Shown here: positions 36,965 to 42,306 of the stretch, piece by piece
How positions within the stretch are numbered: position 1 is the first letter of the stretch
Layout of the letters: each line of letters starts with the position of its first letter
IMG/VR virus record: IMGVR_UViG_3300044695_004134
Span: 102,194 to 166,193 of that record
DNA from: a virus
DNA: 64,000 nt
Strand: one strand, 5' to 3'
Made by a program: the position numbers and the translations under genes
Notes under the pieces: generated by a model
Told to the model about the DNA's origin: nothing
Seen by the model: only the letters and a program-made list of their open reading frames with translations
Database searches by the model: none

Positions 36965-37035
36965 ATATAAAAACACATTAGACGAGGCGACCCGTTTCGA
37001 ACCAGTTCCTGCTTATCTCTAATGTGTTTTTATAT
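36965..37035 (-). ncRNA. Stalk-enclosed small RNA
   Basis: ATATAAAAACACATTAG/CTAATGTGTTTTTATAT arms. Confidence 0.5.
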
Positions 37036-37109
37036 GGTGGAGGATAGGAGAATCGAACTCCTGCTTCATGCTTGCAAAGCACATGTGCTACCATTACCAC
37101 TAATCCCCC
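37035..37109 (-). tRNA. tRNA-Ala(TGC)
   Basis: TT-TGC-AA, G3:U70, CCA. Confidence 0.92.
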
Positions 37110-37114
37110 ATATA

Positions 37115-37178
37115 CAACAGAATAGTTTTTGCGTTTTCAATTACAAGTTGAATGCTTTTTATTTGCTGAACCTATTCT
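37115..37178 (-). ncRNA. Y-RNA-like element 4 carrying an anticodon stem-loop mimic
   Basis: Stem AGAATAG/CTATTCT plus GTTCAGCAA; cargo TTCAA-CTTGTAA-TTGAA. Confidence 0.68.
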
Positions 37179-37183
37179 AAAAC

Positions 37184-37262
37184 TGGCTCCGTATCTGGGT
37201 AACGATCCCAGCTAAACATTGATTAACAGTCAAGCCCATGCACCATGCTCGGGTTCTACGGA
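37184..37262 (-). tRNA. tRNA-Asn(GTT), atypical D-arm and T-loop
   Basis: CT-GTT-AA; T-loop ATCGTTA; CCA. Confidence 0.78.
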
Positions 37263-37269
37263 ATAAAAA

Positions 37270-37336
37270 CAACAGGAAGGTTTTTGTCGCTAGACAACCA
37301 TAAAGTTTAGCTAATTTTGTTTGCTGAACCCTTCCT
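37270..37336 (-). ncRNA. Y-RNA-like element 5
   Basis: Stem AGGAAGG/CCTTCCT plus GTTCAGCAA; short hairpin cargo. Confidence 0.65.
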
Positions 37337-37341
37337 AAAAC

Positions 37342-37415
37342 TGGTCTCCATGGCAAGAATCGAACTTGCGCTACATGCTCCCAAAGCACGGGTGATACCA
37401 TTTCACTACACGGAG
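37342..37415 (-). tRNA. tRNA-Pro(TGG)
   Basis: TT-TGG-GA, CCA. Confidence 0.9.
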
Positions 37416-37420
37416 AAAAC

Positions 37421-37486
37421 TGGAGCAGTCACTACGATTCCCACGTAGGTATTGGGTGGACCCCAACACGGTTAATATCCGACTGC
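37421..37486 (-). ncRNA. D-armless tRNA-Gly-like RNA
   Basis: Acceptor GCAGTCG/TGACTGC-T-CCA, stem-loop containing TCC, T-like arm CTACG-TGGGAAT-CGTAG. Confidence 0.6.
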
Positions 37487-37494
37487 ATAAAACT

Positions 37495-37568
37495 TGGAGC
37501 GGAGTGAGAGAATCGAACTCTCAACAACAGATTGGAAATCTGTAGTTTTACCATTAAACTAACCCCGC
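37495..37568 (-). tRNA. tRNA-Gly(TCC)
   Basis: TT-TCC-AA, U73, CCA. Confidence 0.9.
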
Positions 37569-37682
37569 ATACTTTATTAAAACATTCCTTACCTAGCATT
37601 TTCAGTGCAAGCCTTGCAGGAACCGGCTTATAGACTATCTAGGTTTCACAGATTCCACGATGGGAATATTTTAATAAAGTAT
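37569..37682 (-). ncRNA. Stalk-enclosed structured RNA
   Basis: ATACTTTATTAAAA(T)ATTCC/GGAAT(G)TTTTAATAAAGTAT arms; inner CCTAG/CTAGG. Confidence 0.52.
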
Positions 37683-37880
37683 CTAGCCACTCCCACCACA
37701 GGAGCCCTAGACTGAGCGGTTACTCTGTCCATAACATTTACTTTCTGGGAAGGTGTTAGTCCTCACCTAAGGCTTTTTCCGTATCTCAAAACGAGATCGT
37801 GTAGTAGTCCCTACGCACTCGATCAGTTATCTGGCATTCGATCATAGCCCACTTTATTAACGAAGAAGTGTAAACGGGTT
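37683..37880 (-). ncRNA. Unassigned multi-hairpin RNA
   Basis: TCTAG/CTAGA enclosing GCTCC/GGAGT, ATCTC/GAGAT, AGGTG/CACCT; no credible ORF. Confidence 0.4.
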
Positions 37881-37881
37881 T

Positions 37882-37955
37882 TGGTGCCCCATGACAGAAT
37901 CGAACTGCCGTAACCGCGTTACAAAGGCGGTGTAATACCATTATACTAATAGGGC
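37882..37955 (-). tRNA. tRNA-Thr(TGT)
   Basis: TT-TGT-AA, CCA. Confidence 0.88.
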
Positions 37956-37960
37956 GAAAT

Positions 37961-38034
37961 TGGGAGCAGGTGACAGATTCGAACTGCCGATGCACCTGGC
38001 TTATGAGACCGGTGTGGTGACCACCCTACCTGCA
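37961..38034 (-). tRNA. tRNA-CAT, initiator-like 1:72 mismatch, reduced D-loop
   Basis: CT-CAT-AA; acceptor TGCAGGT/ACCTGCT; CCA. Confidence 0.65.
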
Positions 38035-38040
38035 AAATTT

Positions 38041-38069
38041 ATTATAACATACTCTATATATGTTGGCAA
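38041..38069 (-). promoter_or_regulatory. Sigma70-type promoter inside the tRNA array
   Basis: TTGCCA-17-TATAAT with extended TG. Confidence 0.68.
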
Positions 38070-38070
38070 C

Positions 38071-38158
38071 TGGTGGAGCCTGAAGGAATCGAACCATCCG
38101 CCAACCACCCTCCAATTAAAGGCAACGGATTTACAGTCCGCTGAAGGGAACAGGCTCC
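38071..38158 (-). tRNA. tRNA-Tyr(GTA), lacking a canonical D-arm
   Basis: GCGGA-CT-GTA-AA-TCCGT, long variable region, TTCGATT, CCA. Confidence 0.68.
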
Positions 38159-38177
38159 AAAAATATGAGATTTATAC

Positions 38178-38252
38178 TGGTACCGATGGACAATTTCGAA
38201 ATGTCGGCCTTTCGCTTATCAAGCGAATGCTCTTCCTCTGAGCTACATCGGC
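38178..38252 (-). tRNA. tRNA-Ile(GAT)
   Basis: TT-GAT-AA, CCA. Confidence 0.86.
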
Positions 38253-38256
38253 AAAA

Positions 38257-38309
38257 GTTGTTGTAATCTCAACTAAATGTTTATCGGTAAACCGACTCAC
38301 TACAACAAC
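38257..38309 (-). ncRNA. Small RNA, GUCGGUUUACYGAUAAAC family copy 2
   Basis: GTTGTTGTA/TACAACAAC arms; core shared with 32771-32843. Confidence 0.55.
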
Positions 38310-38314
38310 AAAAC

Positions 38315-38389
38315 TGGCGGTCCTAAGGGGTAACGATCCCCTTCTTTTGGCGTGACAAGCCAACGTGCGTCCATGAACACTTTAGAACC
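38315..38389 (-). tRNA. tRNA-Asp(GTC)
   Basis: TT-GTC-AC, G73, T-loop ATCGTTA. Confidence 0.85.
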
Positions 38390-38519
38390 AAAATCTGTGG
38401 CATTACGAACTTTAGCCATATCTCTAACGTGGATACCGATAGAACATCTGGTGATGCTCCGCAAGTTACACGCCATACACCTTTTGTATGGATTGACAGA
38501 AAGTTTTTGCTTTCCGATT

Positions 38520-38596
38520 TGGTGCCCTCTCTCAGATTCGAACTGAGACTTTACGGCTTCTAAAACCGCTCTCTCTACCAATTGGAGTAAGGGGGC
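38520..38596 (-). tRNA. tRNA-Leu(TAG), short variable arm
   Basis: TT-TAG-AA, CCA. Confidence 0.85.
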
Positions 38597-38623
38597 ATTT
38601 ATCTCTTTCTATTTTTTACATTT

Positions 38624-38697
38624 TGGTAGGGGCACAGAGAATTGAACTCTGGTCTACCGGTTAAAAGCCGGTTACTTTACCACTAAGTTATACCCCC
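38624..38697 (-). tRNA. tRNA-Lys(TTT)
   Basis: CT-TTT-AA, CCA. Confidence 0.9.
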
Positions 38698-38702
38698 ATA
38701 TT

Positions 38703-38854
38703 ACCATATGTTTAGTGTTATCCGCCGATTTGTCAACAATGTAGCTAACACTGACAAGCGAATAGCAGTTATATCAGGATCCGTTCCTCGCACAGTTGGA
38801 CCCGAATAGTCATAGCGTCCTATAACGATACCTTGATAACACTAAACATATGGT
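38703..38854 (-). ncRNA. Stalk-enclosed structured RNA of about 150 nt
   Basis: 20-bp arms ACCATATGTTTAGTGTTATC/GATAACACTAAACATATGGT; inner GGGTCC/GGATCC and TTGTCA/TGACAA helices. Confidence 0.6.
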
Positions 38855-38925
38855 ACTCCCGAACGGTTTCGATCCGTCTTCTCCGCCTTGAAAGGGCAGC
38901 GTCCTAGCCAGTAGACGACAGGAGC
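38851..38925 (-). tRNA. tRNA-Glu(TTC)
   Basis: CT-TTC-AA, CCA. Confidence 0.88.
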
Positions 38926-38928
38926 ACA

Positions 38929-38955
38929 AAAATTACACTTAACTTTTTAAAGAAC
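38929..38955 (-). promoter_or_regulatory. boxA-like antitermination leader, copy 1
   Basis: GTTCTTTAAAAAGTTAAGTGTAATTTT, identical to 40214-40240. Confidence 0.65.
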
Positions 38956-38994
38956 CTTCTTGCAACTGACTCAATCATTTGTTGCTATGTGTCT

Positions 38995-39022
38995 ATTATA
39001 ACACAACTATCTTTCTTGTCAA
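38995..39022 (-). promoter_or_regulatory. rrn-like sigma70 promoter
   Basis: TTGACA-16-TATAAT. Confidence 0.75.
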
Positions 39023-39099
39023 CTACTTTTTTTGCTCTGTTGTTTTTAAACAACGTTTGCTTTTTGTAGTCACATGTTGATTTCTCAACTCATGCATGT

Positions 39100-39127
39100 A
39101 GTATAACACAACCATGCATCTTGTCAA
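39100..39127 (-). promoter_or_regulatory. rrn-like sigma70 promoter (tandem upstream copy)
   Basis: TTGACA-16-TATACT; spacer similar to 38995-39022. Confidence 0.7.
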
Positions 39128-39159
39128 CAACAATTTTTATGTTGTTGTTTTTTTACAAC

Positions 39160-39235
39160 TGGAGTCGGTGACAGGAGTTGAACCTGCATGTAACGGGGTT
39201 GCAATCCGTTCCCTAGCCATTCGGGTCACACCGAC
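39160..39235 (-). tRNA. tRNA-Cys(GCA)
   Basis: TT-GCA-AC, U73, CCA. Confidence 0.88.
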
Positions 39236-39236
39236 A

Positions 39237-39428
39237 TTATTTTTTCTTCCGTGATATCCATCCATCATAGTTTGGATCTTTCACCTCATCAACACCAAAG
39301 ATGCCAACAATTTCAAAATCTTTTCCAACAATTCTCACGAACTCATTCATATGCTTGGCAATATTCATTGCTTCAGCAAGTGTAAGAACTTTGAATGTTT
39401 CTTCTTTACCTATTACTTTGTATATCAT
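39237..39428 (-). CDS. Small hypothetical protein
   Basis: AAGGA RBS, fills the gap between tRNAs. Confidence 0.55.
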   Translation of the reverse strand: MIYKVIGKEETFKVLTLAEAMNIAKHMNEFVRIVGKDFEIVGIFGVDEVKDPNYDGWISRKKK

Positions 39429-39438
39429 AAAATCCTTT

Positions 39439-39530
39439 TGGTACCTCGACTGAGAATCGAACTCAGATGAACCAATTATCTGTTGCTTACGGGATATAAA
39501 TCCGCCGTTTTACCATTAAACTACCGAGGC
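39439..39530 (-). tRNA. tRNA-like gene with apparent TAT anticodon and about 22-nt extra region
   Basis: Normal acceptor, D and T arms and CCA; GCGGA-TT-TAT-AT-CCCGT then AAGCAACAGATAATTGGTTCAT. Confidence 0.6.
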
Positions 39531-39531
39531 A

Positions 39532-39621
39532 TGGTGGAGAGTCTGGGAGTCGAACCCAGTGACCTTATCTCTAAAGCCTGCGGTTTAGCAAACCGGTGCA
39601 TTACCGTCCTGCCCACTCTCC
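39532..39621 (-). tRNA. tRNA-Ser(GCT)
   Basis: TT-GCT-AA, long variable arm, CCA. Confidence 0.85.
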
Positions 39622-39761
39622 AATTCTTCAATTCTATTTGCCGCTTCTTCAAGCAAATCGGCAATTCTATCCGGTGCATTTTCTTGCACAGACTTCCTTG
39701 TAGGAATTTGCCTACGAATTTCGGCACGTTTTCTCAAACGAAAAACTAAATCTTCATTCAT
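39585..39761 (-). CDS. Small hypothetical protein overlapping tRNA-Ser(GCT) (not in the ORF track)
   Basis: AGGAG RBS; MNEDLVFRLRKRAEIRRQIPTRKSVQENAPDRIADLLEEAANRIEELE... Confidence 0.6.
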   Translation of the reverse strand: MNEDLVFRLRKRAEIRRQIPTRKSVQENAPDRIADLLEEAANRIEELESGQDGNAPVC

Positions 39762-39776
39762 AAGAACTCCTAAAAT

Positions 39777-39868
39777 TGGTGGAAACGGTGAGATTCGAAC
39801 TCACGGACCCATTTCTGAATCGACAGTTTTCAAGACTGTAGCAATAAACCGGACTCTGCCACGTTTCC
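39777..39868 (-). tRNA. tRNA-Ser(TGA)
   Basis: CT-TGA-AA, long variable arm, CCA. Confidence 0.9.
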
Positions 39869-40053
39869 TATGCTTGTAAATCTACGTTTTGCCCTCTAAC
39901 ATCAGGTCTGATTTGACCTTTTTTATCATAAAGGTATTGTACAACCTCCACAACTTTTTTATCGGTTGCAGGATCAATTAAAGTCTTATACACTGTTTTG
40001 CGATATTGGTCATGAACCATATCCCAACTATTTGTTATGCTTTGTACTATCAT
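39868..40053 (-). CDS. Small hypothetical protein
   Basis: GGAGG RBS; ends YDKKGQI...GQNVDLQA. Confidence 0.55.
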   Translation of the reverse strand: MIVQSITNSWDMVHDQYRKTVYKTLIDPATDKKVVEVVQYLYDKKGQIRPDVRGQNVDLQA

Positions 40054-40065
40054 AGATATATTCCT

Positions 40066-40140
40066 CCATATAAAAACACATTGTTACACCCAATAGGATA
40101 ATAATCCTCATACGAGAATCACCAATGTGTTTTTATATGG
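40066..40140 (-). ncRNA. Stalk-enclosed small RNA
   Basis: CCATATAAAAACACATTG/CAATGTGTTTTTATATGG arms. Confidence 0.5.
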
Positions 40141-40211
40141 CACCCGAAATAAGAATCGAACTTATACTAACAGAGTCAAAGTCTGCTGTGCTACCACTAC
40201 ACCATTCGGGA
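40138..40211 (-). tRNA. tRNA-Gln(TTG)
   Basis: CT-TTG-AC, CCA. Confidence 0.88.
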
Positions 40212-40213
40212 AT

Positions 40214-40240
40214 AAAATTACACTTAACTTTTTAAAGAAC
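40214..40240 (-). promoter_or_regulatory. boxA-like antitermination leader, copy 2
   Basis: 27-nt exact repeat of 38929-38955, directly after a promoter. Confidence 0.65.
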
Positions 40241-40247
40241 TGTGTGT

Positions 40248-40275
40248 ATTGTACATGATTCTTAATCTTTGTCAA
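40248..40275 (-). promoter_or_regulatory. rrn-like sigma70 promoter at the head of the tRNA array
   Basis: TTGACA-16-TACAAT. Confidence 0.68.
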
Positions 40276-40305
40276 TACATGTTGTTGTAAGATTACAACA
40301 CTTCC

Positions 40306-40341
40306 AAACAAAAAACCCTCAGAACTTTCGTTGTGAGGGTT
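40306..40341 (-). terminator. Intrinsic terminator (candidate attenuator)
   Basis: AACCCTCA...GAAA...TGAGGGTT followed by a T-run. Confidence 0.7.
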
Positions 40342-40367
40342 GTGAAACTTTAGTTTACTTTTATGTA

Positions 40368-40484
40368 TTACTTAATTCCACTAACCCTTCCGTGCGCCCA
40401 TGACTGATTATCGCTACCAATAAACGGTGTGCGATACTCTGCTGTTAAGCAAGATTTCGAGAGGGTTGAAGGTATTTTAATCAT
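40368..40484 (-). CDS. Candidate leaderless 38-aa leader peptide
   Basis: MIKIPSTLSKSCLTAEYRTPFIGSDNQSWAHGRVSGIK; ATG 6 nt after TATAAT. Confidence 0.45.
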   Translation of the reverse strand: MIKIPSTLSKSCLTAEYRTPFIGSDNQSWAHGRVSGIK

Positions 40485-40490
40485 AGTGCT

Positions 40491-40519
40491 ATTATATAGG
40501 CTTTTTTTTGTTTTGGCAA
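40491..40519 (-). promoter_or_regulatory. Sigma70-type promoter
   Basis: TTGCCA-17-TATAAT. Confidence 0.65.
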
Positions 40520-40538
40520 GAGGTTTTTAAAAATATTT

Positions 40539-41264
40539 TTAAATTTCTTTCCACTTGCCATGTTCGATAGGCACCCAATGTTCCGGATCACGGACAATTT
40601 CAAACGTTGTTGGTGGCCATGTAATTGCGTGGCGTTGAAGTTGTGTTTGCACCAGATGTTCTGGATTATATTTGATACCCTCATTATAGAATCTATCAAA
40701 ATTAACTACAGCATCAGTATAGATGGACATTGCATGTGGGAGTCCAATTGCAAATTGGTCATTGAAGTTTGGTACATAGCCGTAACGTTGATTGTTTGGA
40801 ATGTATATTGTGTTTGGTGATTTCGATAAACACTCATGTGCCAATTTTAAATCAATTGGCTCAGACAAGCCTAAATCTGTGCGTGAACGAATCACCAAAT
40901 CATACGAATCAAGTTCTTGACGCCACAAATCACAATACTGTAGACATTTGTATTGTTGCCAAACATTTGCAGGTGTACTGTTGTATGGCTCATATTCTTT
41001 CGGAATTTCTCCTAATGCAGAAGGATCAAGAACCTCAATGAATTTGATTTTGTACCAAGGCGGTAGATGTGCTTGAAGTTTGTCTCTGACTTGACCAGCA
41101 GATTTTAAATCACACCAATTCTCGGATATTTTAGGGTCCCATCCAAATTCTCTACGCCAGAATACGATGTATACATCGATTGCCGACTTAGTTAGATTTT
41201 GTAACTGTGAATCAAAGTCTGCCGAGAATCGTGGATTACCCGTTAGAAGTAGTGCTGTTTTCAT
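40539..41264 (-). CDS. Putative glycosyltransferase-like protein (paralog 3)
   Basis: ALLLTGNPR, YDLVIRSRTD, NDQFAIG. Confidence 0.6.
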   Translation of the reverse strand: MKTALLLTGNPRFSADFDSQLQNLTKSAIDVYIVFWRREFGWDPKISENWCDLKSAGQVRDKLQAHLPPWYKIKFIEVLDPSALGEIPKEYEPYNSTPANVWQQYKCLQYCDLWRQELDSYDLVIRSRTDLGLSEPIDLKLAHECLSKSPNTIYIPNNQRYGYVPNFNDQFAIGLPHAMSIYTDAVVNFDRFYNEGIKYNPEHLVQTQLQRHAITWPPTTFEIVRDPEHWVPIEHGKWKEI

Positions 41265-41775
41265 CTTTCAAATATTTCCATTTTATATCTTCTTTTTTGA
41301 TTGGTGCATCGGGATTTGAAATGTCTTCAAACACATTCCAAAGTTCTTCCTTGATGGCAAGTTTTGTCCATAAACCAACCTCTAAACTGTATGCCTCTAG
41401 TTCCCATGGATGATGGTAATAATCTATTGCATCAGCATCTACTGAAATTCCTTTCCATTTGGAAAGAGTTTCATTTGTTTCACCGTGAGCAAACTGTTTG
41501 ATATGCACCATTTCATGTGCCAGTGTTTTAAATATCTCTGCGGCTCCAATCCATGGGTGTATTTCAATTAAAAACTCCCTAGCTTTATTTGATGCATTAT
41601 AATCTTCTATTGAAGCAAAAGCCCAAACGGTTATTTTTGGATTGAACTTGATTGTGAGATGTATATTATCTCTGAGTCTTTTAGACTTTATTAAATTTTG
41701 AGCGTAAAATTCTACAGCCCTTTCGACAAAAGGTTTGAAGTCTTTATCTGGACAGTTGACTATTCTGACCTTCAT
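41236..41775 (-). CDS. Zinc metallopeptidase-like protein
   Basis: TLAHEMVHIKQ...PWELEAY. Confidence 0.78.
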   Translation of the reverse strand: MKVRIVNCPDKDFKPFVERAVEFYAQNLIKSKRLRDNIHLTIKFNPKITVWAFASIEDYNASNKAREFLIEIHPWIGAAEIFKTLAHEMVHIKQFAHGETNETLSKWKGISVDADAIDYYHHPWELEAYSLEVGLWTKLAIKEELWNVFEDISNPDAPIKKEDIKWKYLKDENSTTSNG

Positions 41776-41829
41776 TTTATCTCCAGTTGTTACCATTATT
41801 TAGTCACTGGAAGATTTCATATTATGAAA

Positions 41830-42306
41830 TTAAACTTGAGTTATTTTCACTCCAGCTTTCTGTAAGAACTGTAGTCCGTCATCAGAACGATAACTATTGC
41901 GATAATACACAGAATTGATACCACTTTGATAAACAAGTTTGGCGCAATCAAGGCAAGGGGCATGAGTGACAAAGAGAGTAGCACCGTTGCCAGACTCAGT
42001 GCTTTTTGCCAGTTTTGCGATGGCGTTTGTTTCTGCATGTAGTACCTCAGGTTTTGTTACAAGTTTATAACGGAGCCACGGAAGATTTTCTGTTTTTGGT
42101 AACTGTTGTTCAGACCAATCACCGTCATCACAATAAATTTTGTCTTCACAAGTGTTGTCCCAACCAGATGGCATTCCATTGTAACCAATAGAAATGATGC
42201 GGTCGTCTTTTACAACAATCGCACCAACATGGAGTCTCACAGCAGATGATAGTCCCGCAAAAGTCTCTGCGGTCTTCATATATGCTTCAATGAATTTTTG
42301 TTTCAC
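41830..42306 (-). CDS. cd: dCMP deaminase
   Basis: IGYNG, HAETNAI, PCLDC. Confidence 0.93.
   Translation of the reverse strand: MKQKFIEAYMKTAETFAGLSSAVRLHVGAIVVKDDRIISIGYNGMPSGWDNTCEDKIYCDDGDWSEQQLPKTENLPWLRYKLVTKPEVLHAETNAIAKLAKSTESGNGATLFVTHAPCLDCAKLVYQSGINSVYYRNSYRSDDGLQFLQKAGVKITQV

Noticed and set aside
35400-39749. ORFs of 60-193 aa across the tRNA array (e.g. 35400-35594, 36351-36932, 37177-37401, 38300-38581, 39483-39749)
   Set aside because: They overlap tRNA genes in sense or antisense and have no RBS or protein motifs.
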